Below, piece by piece: positions 8,835 to 16,991 of a stretch of DNA of 64,000 nt. The notes below the pieces were generated by a model. The model was not told the DNA's origin, searched no databases, and saw nothing but the letters and a program-made list of their open reading frames with translations. The translations under genes were made by a program, and so were the position numbers. Each line of letters opens with the position of its first letter. Position 1 is the stretch's first letter. The stretch is from an uncultured Flavobacteriaceae bacterium (GTDB lineage Bacteria > Bacteroidota > Bacteroidia > Flavobacteriales > Flavobacteriaceae). The DNA is taken from positions 40,327 to 104,326 of the forward strand of contig CAZQQU010000003.1 of NCBI GenBank assembly GCA_964595625.1, in the 5' to 3' direction.

Positions 8835-9269
8835 ATGTTTTCCAAAGCTTGTGAATATGGCATTAAAGCTACTTTGTTTGTGGCGTCCCAATCGTTGCAA
8901 GGTAAGCGTACCATATTACCCGAAATCGCCGTCAAAATTGACTCCCCCGTAGCTTTTACCGCTAAAATTTTACAGCAATTGGCGCGACATAAAGTAATTC
9001 ATTCTTTTAAAGGACCTAATGGTGGCTTTTTTATATTTCCTGAAAGCATGACGTCCTTAAAATTGAAAGACATAGTAACCGCCATTGACGGAGATGCTAT
9101 CGTGACCGAATGTGCTTTGGGTTTAAAAAAATGTGACGAAAACTCGCCTTGCCCGATTCATTATAAGTTTAAATCTATTCGAAAAGAGATAATCGATCTT
9201 TTGGAAAATGTTACCCTTAAAGAACTTTCCGAAAAAATAGAAAAAGGCGATACTGTTTTGAAAATTTAA
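8835..9269 (+). CDS. Rrf2 family transcriptional regulator with Fe-S ligand set (NsrR/IscR-like)
   Basis: The N-terminus MFSKACEYGIKA is typical of Rrf2 proteins. Ligand motif C-x6-C-x5-C-x2-H (CALGLKKCDENSPCPIH). The ATG at 8835 is chosen over the upstream ORF-track start. Confidence 0.8.
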   Translation: MFSKACEYGIKATLFVASQSLQGKRTILPEIAVKIDSPVAFTAKILQQLARHKVIHSFKGPNGGFFIFPESMTSLKLKDIVTAIDGDAIVTECALGLKKCDENSPCPIHYKFKSIRKEIIDLLENVTLKELSEKIEKGDTVLKI

Positions 9270-9373
9270 GTGCTTGCCATTTTTCTCTTTTCACTTCTTT
9301 GTGTAACAAAAGTAACTGTGTGTGTTTTTTTGAATACAGAATTTTGCAGTCATAAAACCTAAATTATTTTCTC

Positions 9374-9835
9374 ATGCTTACCGAACATTTTTACGAAGTT
9401 AAAGCGCAATGGAACGAAGGCCGAAAAGGCGTTTTATCTTCCCGCGATTTGGATCAAACCATTGCTTGTACCACTCCGCCTGAATTTGCTAAGGGAGTCC
9501 CCAATATATGGTCTCCGGAGCATTTATATGCCGCTGCTATCAGCAGTTGTTTTATGACCACATTTTTGGCTATTGCAGAAAACTCCAAACTCGAATTCAC
9601 TGATTTTTCGTGCAATACCCAATGTAAATTGGAATTCGTTGAAGGGAAATACCTCATCACGGAAGCCATTGTAGAGCCCGTAGTGCACCTACCCCATCCC
9701 GAACGAGATGCGGAAAAGGCCAATAAAGTTTTGGACAAAACCAAAGCTGCTTGCTTAATTACCAACTCAATGAAAACGACTGTTGTATTAGACAAAAAAG
9801 TTGTTTCAGACCAAGAAGAATTAATAGCACAATAA
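9374..9835 (+). CDS. OsmC/Ohr family peroxiredoxin-like protein
   Basis: The size and the two conserved Cys contexts (AISSCFMTT, KAACLITNS) fit the family. Confidence 0.75.
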   Translation: MLTEHFYEVKAQWNEGRKGVLSSRDLDQTIACTTPPEFAKGVPNIWSPEHLYAAAISSCFMTTFLAIAENSKLEFTDFSCNTQCKLEFVEGKYLITEAIVEPVVHLPHPERDAEKANKVLDKTKAACLITNSMKTTVVLDKKVVSDQEELIAQ

Positions 9836-9854
9836 AATTATCAAATTACAGATT

Positions 9855-10175
9855 ATGGGATTTTTTTCATCTTTATTCGGAAAAACAGATAGCCAACTAA
9901 CCGATGCTATAAAAAAACAACCTCTTTTAGTGGATGTACGTACCCCGGGAGAATTTAGAGCGGGCAGCATTCCGGGTGCCGTGAACATACCTTTAGATAT
10001 GTTGAACTCCCAATTGTCTAAATGCAGAGGGAAAAATTGCATAGTGGTATTTTGTGCCAGCGGTATGCGCAGCAGTCAAGCCAAAGGTATTTTGGAACGC
10101 AACGGTTTTACGGATGTCATCAACGGAGGTTCTTGGAAAAATGTACAAACGACTATTGAAAATATTTCATCGTGA
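9855..10175 (+). CDS. Single-domain rhodanese (sulfurtransferase)
   Basis: Active-site loop CASGMRS (C-x2-G-x-R-S/T) in a 106-aa protein. Confidence 0.8.
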   Translation: MGFFSSLFGKTDSQLTDAIKKQPLLVDVRTPGEFRAGSIPGAVNIPLDMLNSQLSKCRGKNCIVVFCASGMRSSQAKGILERNGFTDVINGGSWKNVQTTIENISS

Positions 10176-10744
10176 AAAGTATATTAAAAACCGTTTTTTT
10201 ACTTGGAATTTTGTTGTTTTTTTCATGCAAAAAATCAACCTACATCCCCTTGGACGAAGCCCAAAAATCCGGCTACCTACAGCTGGGTGACAGCATCGCT
10301 ACCGAAATGCAAAAAGTACTATTGCAAAATGTAAGCAGCGCTATACAACAAGGAGGCTCCGAATATGCCGTCACGTTTTGCAACACTCAAGCAATGCCAT
10401 TAACCGATTCTATTTCAAAAAAATACGACGTTCAAATTTCGCGTCTAAGCGATAAAAACCGAAATCCGATGAACGCCCTTGAAAGCTCCCGAGACAGAAT
10501 AAGCTGGGAAAAAATTAAGTCCGATAAAAAAGATTTTGTAATACAGGAATCTGCCGAAGCAATCTATTACTACAAACCCATTGCCATCGGAATACCAACC
10601 TGTTTACAATGTCACGGAGGAACCTCCGATATCGCTCAAGAAACTATGGATGTTATCAAGTTAAACTATCCCAACGACAAAGCAGTGGGGTACCAAACAG
10701 GAGATTTACGTGGCATGTGGAAAATAGAATTTAAACTCCAATGA
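10172..10744 (+). CDS. Lipoprotein with a c-type haem site, DUF3365 (Tll0287-like) type
   Basis: GTG start overlapping the rhodanese stop codon. Lipobox LLFFSC and a single CxxCH (CLQCH) near the C-terminus. Confidence 0.6.
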   Translation: MKSILKTVFLLGILLFFSCKKSTYIPLDEAQKSGYLQLGDSIATEMQKVLLQNVSSAIQQGGSEYAVTFCNTQAMPLTDSISKKYDVQISRLSDKNRNPMNALESSRDRISWEKIKSDKKDFVIQESAEAIYYYKPIAIGIPTCLQCHGGTSDIAQETMDVIKLNYPNDKAVGYQTGDLRGMWKIEFKLQ

Positions 10745-10944
10745 AAACATTTTTTAAAAAAAACTTACTCGTTGTCATCGGTATTCCGCTCGGAGCATTA
10801 GGAGGATACCTTTACTGGTACTACATCGGATGTCTTTCGGGCAGTTGTGCCATTACCTCTAATCCGCTAAACAGTACCCTGTATGGAGCCGCTATGGGTA
10901 GATTGATTTTTTCTATGTTTAAAAAAGAAAAAAAATCTTCATGA
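10741..10944 (+). CDS. Small two-TM membrane protein with a C-x4-C motif
   Basis: 67 aa with motif GCLSGSCAITSNP. Its ATG overlaps the upstream stop (ATGA). Confidence 0.5.
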   Translation: MKTFFKKNLLVVIGIPLGALGGYLYWYYIGCLSGSCAITSNPLNSTLYGAAMGRLIFSMFKKEKKSS

Positions 10945-11022
10945 AAACGGCTTTTGCCCAGTATTTCCGCCTATTTTTCATCAAAATTTCGTATCTTTAT
11001 GGGAGAAACAAATTTTACTTGA

Positions 11023-11655
11023 ATGACCGAATTAATAAGGGGATTTTTTGGGCAACTATTTGAAAAAGAACTTATTTCAGAAATCGAACAAGTAGCCGAA
11101 ATTCGTGTCTTTGAAGAAGGGGAAATACTGATTGATATCGGGCAATACATCCGATCTATGCCCCTACTCCTTGATGGTGCCGTAAAAATCATGCGTGAAG
11201 ACCCTGACGAAGGTGAATTATTACTTTATTTTCTCGAAAAAGGCGATACCTGCGCTATGACTTTGGCATGCTGTATGGGTGATAAGCAAAGCGAGATACG
11301 TGCCATTGCCGAAAACCCAAGTACGGTGGCGATGATACCGGTGGAAAAAATGGAAGCCTGGCTCGGCAAATTCAAAAGTTGGAGATCTTTTGTTTTTAAC
11401 AGCTACAACAACCGTTTAGCTGAAATGCTGAGAGCCATTGATAATCTGGCTTTTTTGAAAATGGACGAACGGTTATTGAAATACTTGCAAGAAAACGCAA
11501 AAATCAATCAATCTAAAACCATTTACAAGACGCACCAAGAAATCGCCTACGAACTCAACACGTCGAGGGTGGTGGTTTCAAGATTGTTGAAAGCATTTGA
11601 AAATGAAGGAAAAATAAAATTAAACAGAAATAACATCGATTTATTAAAAACATAA
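11023..11655 (+). CDS. Crp/FNR family transcriptional regulator
   Basis: A cNMP-binding beta-roll plus a C-terminal HTH (TSRVVVSRLLKAFENEGKI). An unusual Cys triplet sits in the roll (GDTCAMTLACCMG). Confidence 0.8.
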   Translation: MTELIRGFFGQLFEKELISEIEQVAEIRVFEEGEILIDIGQYIRSMPLLLDGAVKIMREDPDEGELLLYFLEKGDTCAMTLACCMGDKQSEIRAIAENPSTVAMIPVEKMEAWLGKFKSWRSFVFNSYNNRLAEMLRAIDNLAFLKMDERLLKYLQENAKINQSKTIYKTHQEIAYELNTSRVVVSRLLKAFENEGKIKLNRNNIDLLKT

Positions 11656-11671
11656 ATTATGAAAAATTTAA

Positions 11672-11905
11672 TTGAAGTTGAAAGAAGGATGTATCAACAC
11701 CATTAGAAAAGCTCTCGAAAAAATAGACGGTCTTACCCAACTGTCTATTGACAAAGAAACTGAGGTGATTTCGTATGAAGGCAATCCCCCCAGAGAACAA
11801 GTTATTGCAATTTTGTCAAAGTTAGGTTACCCCGAAAAAGGGCATAATAGCTTTACCAAAAAGGCCAAATCGTACGTGAGCTGTGCCATCGGAAGGATGG
11901 GGTAG
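11672..11905 (+). CDS. Heavy-metal-associated (HMA)-like small protein with a disrupted N-terminal CxxC motif; possible frameshift
   Basis: The ferredoxin-like HMA body and C-terminal AKSYVSCAIGRMG are retained. The only in-frame start is a TTG. An ATG at 11659 opens MKNLIEVE in the -1 frame and stops after 15 codons. Confidence 0.45.
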   Translation: MKLKEGCINTIRKALEKIDGLTQLSIDKETEVISYEGNPPREQVIAILSKLGYPEKGHNSFTKKAKSYVSCAIGRMG

Positions 11906-11928
11906 TATTAATTTAAATCTAAACCGCT

Positions 11929-12648
11929 TTGAAACAGTTAGTTGTAATTTTAGTGTTGATTTTTACTTTTGGGGCTTGTGCCAAAAAAGGAGAATCCCAA
12001 ATACCCGACAAGCAAAGAGTATCGGCTACCGAATTTCTTGAAATCATTCAACAAACCCCTGAAGGGGTGATTGTTGACGTTCGTACTCCCAAAGAATTCA
12101 GTGAGGGACATCTTGAAAATGCCTTGAATATCGACTGGAACAGCGACGACTTTGATACGCATTTGGCTACTTTAGATAAAAACACTCCTGTATTTGTTTA
12201 TTGTCTCAGCGGCGGAAGAAGTTCGGCTGCCGCAGAAACAATGCGCGCGGAAGGTTTTACTAAGGTTGTAGAACTTGAAAACGGAATTATGGGTTGGCGT
12301 GCCAAAAACCTCCCCGAAAAAATCCTTGCCCAAACTTCAAAAGGCATGACGCTTGAGGAGTATCACTCACTTTTAGAAAACGAAAAACCGGTCTTGGTAA
12401 GTTTTTATGCCGACTGGTGTGCTCCGTGCAAAAAAATGAAGCCTTATCTTGACCAAATGGAAACGGATATGCAAGACTCTATCCGACTGGTACGTATAGA
12501 CGCCGATGCCCATAAACTGTTGACCAAAGAATTACTCGTTAAAACTTTGCCGGTACTGAAATTGTATAAAAACCATTCGGAAGTGTGGCAGCATACCGGC
12601 TATATTTCGGAGGAAGATTTACTACAACAATTACAACCGCATCTCTAA
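11929..12648 (+). CDS. Lipoprotein fusing a rhodanese domain to a thioredoxin domain
   Basis: TTG start and lipobox TFGAC. Rhodanese loop CLSGGRS and thioredoxin WCAPC active site. Confidence 0.75.
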   Translation: MKQLVVILVLIFTFGACAKKGESQIPDKQRVSATEFLEIIQQTPEGVIVDVRTPKEFSEGHLENALNIDWNSDDFDTHLATLDKNTPVFVYCLSGGRSSAAAETMRAEGFTKVVELENGIMGWRAKNLPEKILAQTSKGMTLEEYHSLLENEKPVLVSFYADWCAPCKKMKPYLDQMETDMQDSIRLVRIDADAHKLLTKELLVKTLPVLKLYKNHSEVWQHTGYISEEDLLQQLQPHL

Positions 12649-12732
12649 TAAATTCCACACTTTTTTTGTTGTTTCAGAAAATGAGTGGTAAAAGATTTCT
12701 ATTTAGGATAAAAAGGTATTAAATTATTTTTT

Positions 12733-12740
12733 TACCTTTG
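12733..12740 (+). promoter_or_regulatory. Bacteroidota -7 promoter element TACCTTTG for the nadA operon
   Basis: It matches TAnnTTTG and lies about 75 nt upstream of the nadA ATG. Confidence 0.4.
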
Positions 12741-12814
12741 TTCTTCCAACTTTCTTATTCGTTAAAATAGGATAAAAAAAAGGAAGGTGGAGTGACTTCT
12801 GACCAAATTATTAA

Positions 12815-13780
12815 ATGGTTTTTACAGAAGAAATCTATAGGAAAATGGACAGCAAAGTTTATTTTGCGAACGAAATAGCTCGCTTGAAAAAAGAAAAAAA
12901 TGCGGTATTACTGGCGCATTATTATCAGGAAGAAAGCATTCAGGATATAGCTGATTTTGTAGGAGACAGTCTCGAATTAGCCAAAAAAGCCGCACAGACA
13001 GATGCCGATATTATTGTTTTTGCTGGGGTGTATTTTATGGCTGAAACCGCCAAAATTCTCAATCCCGATAAAAAAGTTCTCCTCCCTGACCTGCAGGCCG
13101 GATGCTCCTTAGCCGATGGCTGCAACCCGGGGGATTTTGCTGCATTTAAGCAAAAATATCCCGGACACAAAGTGGTGACTTATATCAATACGAAGGCAGA
13201 AATAAAAGCCCTCAGCGATTACACCTGTACCTCTTCCAACGCCTTGAAGGTAATCGCCTCCATCCCCGAAGACCAACCTATAATTTTTGCTCCGGATAAA
13301 AATTTGGGGAAATACCTCAGTCAAAAAACCGGTCGAAATATGGTGTTGTGGGACGGCTCATGTATCGTTCACGAAGCTTTTTCGATAGAAAAATTAATTA
13401 CGCTGATTCGCCAATACCCAGAAGCAAAAATTGTTGCTCATCCCGAATCAGAGGAACCGATTTTAAAATTGGCGCATTTCATTAGTTCGACTTCCCAAAT
13501 GATACAGTACATACTTCAAAGTGATGCAACAACTTTTGTCGTTGCTACCGAAGCAGGGATTTTACACCAACTCCGACTTAAAACTCCGGGTAAAACGCTT
13601 ATTCCGGCACCGTCTGTTGAAGATAACACTTGTAGTTGCAGTGAATGTGCCTTTATGAAAGTGAATTCACTCCAAAAAGTATATCTCTGCCTGAGAGACG
13701 AGACCCCTGAAATCCAAATCAGTGGTTCCTTGGCTGCTGCTGCCTTAAAACCCATTGAAAAAATGTTGCAAATCTCGTAA
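12815..13780 (+). CDS. nadA: Quinolinate synthase NadA
   Basis: Motifs [15 protein letters not shown], the [11 protein letters not shown] region and the HPE motif, with conserved Cys residues. Confidence 0.9.
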   Translation: MVFTEEIYRKMDSKVYFANEIARLKKEKNAVLLAHYYQEESIQDIADFVGDSLELAKKAAQTDADIIVFAGVYFMAETAKILNPDKKVLLPDLQAGCSLADGCNPGDFAAFKQKYPGHKVVTYINTKAEIKALSDYTCTSSNALKVIASIPEDQPIIFAPDKNLGKYLSQKTGRNMVLWDGSCIVHEAFSIEKLITLIRQYPEAKIVAHPESEEPILKLAHFISSTSQMIQYILQSDATTFVVATEAGILHQLRLKTPGKTLIPAPSVEDNTCSCSECAFMKVNSLQKVYLCLRDETPEIQISGSLAAAALKPIEKMLQIS

Positions 13781-13783
13781 CAC

Positions 13784-15244
13784 ATGAAAACAGATGTATT
13801 AGTCATAGGTTCAGGGATTGCCGGCTTGTCTTTTGCCATCAAAATGGCCGAGCGAAGACCCGACATGCATATCAGTATATTTACTAAGGCAGATGCTTTT
13901 GAAACCAATACCAAATACGCTCAAGGAGGAATTGCCGCGGTGATGAACAACGATGTGTACAATGTCGAATCGCATGTACACGACACCCTCATCGCCGGGA
14001 AAGGACTTTGCGACAGCAAAACCGTGAGAATGGTGGTAGAAAAAGCTCCTGAACGATTAAACGAACTCATTCAATGGGGAACAGATTTTGACAAAACTCC
14101 TGACGGGAATTGGCATTACGGATTAGAAGGCGGACATAGCACCGCCCGAATTTTGCATCACAAAGACCAAACCGGAAAAGTGCTGGAAAAAACACTTTTG
14201 AAACGATTAAAATCTCATAAAAATATTGGGCTGCACACGGAATATTTTGCCCTCGATCTCATAGTGGAAAATAACCAGTGTTTTGGAGCATACTTTTTTG
14301 ATAGAAACCAAAAACAAGACATCCCGGTTTTTGCCAAAGCCACCTACCTCTCTACCGGAGGAAGCGGACAAGTTTTTGAAAAAACCACCAATCCCGAAAT
14401 TGCCACGGGAGACGGCGTTGCCATGGCCTACCGCGCCGGTGCGAAAATTAGTCACATGGGGTATTATCAATTTCATCCCACGGCCTTGGCAACCTCACAA
14501 AATTCAGCCGCATTTTTAATCTCAGAAGCTGTTAGGGGCGCCGGTGCCTACCTGATAAACTCTCAGGGGCACCGGTTTATTTTTGATTATGATGGACTCG
14601 GCGAACTGGCTACTCGAGACGACGTTTGTCACGCTATTTTTAGTGAAATGCAAAAAACCAATTCCTCGTATGTATTCTTAGACGCCAGACATTTGGATAA
14701 AAAAACTTTCAAAAATCACTTCCCTCACATTATAAAAAATTGCCGCTTACACGGTTTCGATATCTTAAATGAACCCGTTCCGGTAGCTCCGGCGGCTCAC
14801 TACCAATGCGGGGGAATAGCCGTTAACAATAAATCCGAAACATCGGTAAAAAACTTGTACGTCAACGGCGAATGTGCTTACACCGGACTACACGGTGCCA
14901 ATCGATTGGCGTCAAACTCGCTTTTGGAGGCCGTGGTTTTTGCCCACGAAGCAGCTTGCAAAGTAGGGAAAAAATTGGATGCTCCACACCGCTACCCAAA
15001 CTCGATAACTTCGGTAATCATAACCGAAGAGAAATCAGATTCAGAGACTATTTCGGCACAAAAAAAACAACTTCGAAAGTGGATGTACGATTTTTATTTA
15101 CAAAAAATATTAGGTAAAGATACTTCAGCGATTCGGGATAAAATTGATGAAATGGCTCGTCAAACTGACCCGAAACCGCAGTCGGTTGAAGCTTGCGAAT
15201 TGGCAAATCTGCTTTGTGTAGCCCAACTCATAATTCGGCAGTAA
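13784..15244 (+). CDS. nadB: L-aspartate oxidase NadB
   Basis: N-terminal FAD fold VLVIGSGIAGLS, YAQGGIAA, and the C-terminal GLHGANRLASNSLLE motif. Confidence 0.9.
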   Translation: MKTDVLVIGSGIAGLSFAIKMAERRPDMHISIFTKADAFETNTKYAQGGIAAVMNNDVYNVESHVHDTLIAGKGLCDSKTVRMVVEKAPERLNELIQWGTDFDKTPDGNWHYGLEGGHSTARILHHKDQTGKVLEKTLLKRLKSHKNIGLHTEYFALDLIVENNQCFGAYFFDRNQKQDIPVFAKATYLSTGGSGQVFEKTTNPEIATGDGVAMAYRAGAKISHMGYYQFHPTALATSQNSAAFLISEAVRGAGAYLINSQGHRFIFDYDGLGELATRDDVCHAIFSEMQKTNSSYVFLDARHLDKKTFKNHFPHIIKNCRLHGFDILNEPVPVAPAAHYQCGGIAVNNKSETSVKNLYVNGECAYTGLHGANRLASNSLLEAVVFAHEAACKVGKKLDAPHRYPNSITSVIITEEKSDSETISAQKKQLRKWMYDFYLQKILGKDTSAIRDKIDEMARQTDPKPQSVEACELANLLCVAQLIIRQ

Positions 15245-15247
15245 AGA

Positions 15248-15676
15248 ATGAAGTCTGTACATTACATAGCCATCACTTATATAATTTTAAGCATTTCATA
15301 TTTAGTGCTTTCCTTTGTAATTTATACGGATACAGACACTTATCAGGTAAAATCTCAGGAGATTGATGTTTCGACCGCTTCTCAAGGGCGTTTGGTTTGG
15401 CAAAAATACAACTGCCAGGCTTGTCATCAGTTGTACGGTTTGGGAGGTTTTTTAGGCCCTGATCTGACGAATGTTTCCCAAAAAGGATTTTTTTACGTAG
15501 ATGCTTTTTTAAAAACCGGCGTAAACTCTATGCCCGAATTTTCACTCTCTGAAGAAGAAACCCACCAATTGTTCGAATTTCTCAAATCGGTTGACAACAC
15601 CGGAAACGCCATCCCGGCTACTTACAACACTTTTTGGAACGGAATGATACAACCCGAGCATGAAACCCAACCGTAA
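15248..15676 (+). CDS. Membrane-anchored mono-haem cytochrome c (small subunit of the HCO-like complex)
   Basis: N-terminal TM helix, CQACH haem site and a downstream SMPEF methionine. It starts 3 nt after the nadB stop and overlaps the next gene by 17 nt. Confidence 0.75.
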   Translation: MKSVHYIAITYIILSISYLVLSFVIYTDTDTYQVKSQEIDVSTASQGRLVWQKYNCQACHQLYGLGGFLGPDLTNVSQKGFFYVDAFLKTGVNSMPEFSLSEEETHQLFEFLKSVDNTGNAIPATYNTFWNGMIQPEHETQP

Positions 15677-16985
15677 TTCCATAGGAGCTTTGTTTTTAAA
15701 AACCGCATTGATATTGTTGGTTTTAGGATTGATATTTGGTGCATTGGCCTCTGTCATTTACATAGTGCCGGAATTTTTAAAAAACAATTTTGGTCTTACC
15801 GCTTTAAGACCTTTACATGTTTCATCGGTGGTGTTTTGGATTTTATTGGCTGCTACAGGAAGTATTTATCTGGCGCTCGAAAATATCACTCCAAAACAGT
15901 CGTCAACCCTACTGCAAAAACTCCATTTGATTTTTTGGTGGATGGCGTTAGCGGGAATATTTTATTCCTATTTTACAAAAAACTTCGGGGGGCGCGAATA
16001 TTGGGAATATCCTTCGGTCTATGCCCTTCTCGTCGGAATTGCTTGGGTTTTATTTTTGATTTTATTTATTCAAAAAGTTCGTACACTGCGGCCATGGCCC
16101 GTCTATATCTGGATGTGGATGACCGGAATTGTCTATTTTTTATTCATTTTTATAGAAAATTATTTGTGGGTAATCCCTTGGTTTAGAGAGATTTTTGTAA
16201 AAGACATGGTCATTCAATGGAAAGCAGCCGGAAGTATTGTAGGGGCTTATAATATGTTGGTGTATGGAGTCGCATTTTACCTGATGGAACGCATCAGTAA
16301 ACAGTCGGTTCCCAGTTATAACAAATGGGCTTTTGCGCTGTTTTTTCTGAGTTTTTTCAATATGCTTTTCAACTGGGGACACCATCTCTATCTCGTTCCG
16401 GCGAAGCCGTATATACATTACATCGGTTATGCGGTGAGTATGACCGAGTGGGTTTTCTTTATAAAAATTCTTTGGAACTGGCACAAACAAGTCACCGAAG
16501 CCGAAACTTATTACCATTATTTCCCGTACCGGTTTTTGTTGGCATCCAACTTCTGGTTGTTTTTTAACCTCACCTTGGCTTTGTTTATGTCGATACCGGC
16601 CATAAACCTCTATATGCACGGCACGCACTTTATCACGGCGCATGCCATGGGTACTACCATCGGAATTAACACTATGATATTGTTGGCTGCTGCTTTTGAA
16701 CAATTGTTGCCTAAGCAAAGCTCTTTCTCAAAGGGAAGTAAAAGGACTTTCTGGGTAATCCAACTAAGTTTGTTGTTGTTCTTGGTGTTTTTACTGTTGA
16801 TGGGAATTCACAAAAGCATTTGGTTTTTTCAAGACCCACAACCTCCCTTTTCCGAAATGATGGAAAAAATGAAATTTTGGTCTGCCGGATTTATGATTTC
16901 GGGTATCACTTTGGCTATATCAGTAGTATTAATGGTAACTTTGTTTTTTAGGAAAAAGTTTGCTCAGGGCAATCCAAACCATTAA
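15660..16985 (+). CDS. Divergent heme-copper oxidase superfamily subunit I-like protein (cbb3/NOR-related) with non-canonical active-site ligands
   Basis: It aligns without gaps to the CcoN in this window over helices VI-VII and with a single one-residue gap as far as helix X. LRPLH (H53), WGHH (H241/H242) and TAH (H328) are retained. The helix-VI CuB His aligns to G191, the cross-link Tyr to M235 and the second helix-X His to M330. Confidence 0.75.
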   Translation: MKPNRNSIGALFLKTALILLVLGLIFGALASVIYIVPEFLKNNFGLTALRPLHVSSVVFWILLAATGSIYLALENITPKQSSTLLQKLHLIFWWMALAGIFYSYFTKNFGGREYWEYPSVYALLVGIAWVLFLILFIQKVRTLRPWPVYIWMWMTGIVYFLFIFIENYLWVIPWFREIFVKDMVIQWKAAGSIVGAYNMLVYGVAFYLMERISKQSVPSYNKWAFALFFLSFFNMLFNWGHHLYLVPAKPYIHYIGYAVSMTEWVFFIKILWNWHKQVTEAETYYHYFPYRFLLASNFWLFFNLTLALFMSIPAINLYMHGTHFITAHAMGTTIGINTMILLAAAFEQLLPKQSSFSKGSKRTFWVIQLSLLLFLVFLLLMGIHKSIWFFQDPQPPFSEMMEKMKFWSAGFMISGITLAISVVLMVTLFFRKKFAQGNPNH

Positions 16986-16991
16986 TCCATC

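Noticed and set aside
12741-12814. Possible NAD+ (nadA-motif) riboswitch in the nadA 5-prime UTR
   Set aside because: Only short 5-bp complementarities (CTTCC/GGAAG) are present. There are no tandem domains or conserved bulge I could recognise, and that motif class is mainly acidobacterial.
16140-16718. 192-aa antisense ORF inside the HCO-like gene, and the many other 60-130-aa ORFs nested in or antisense to long genes
   Set aside because: They lie wholly within well-supported genes on the opposite strand or in another frame. They are low-complexity, have no motifs, and are typical shadow ORFs.
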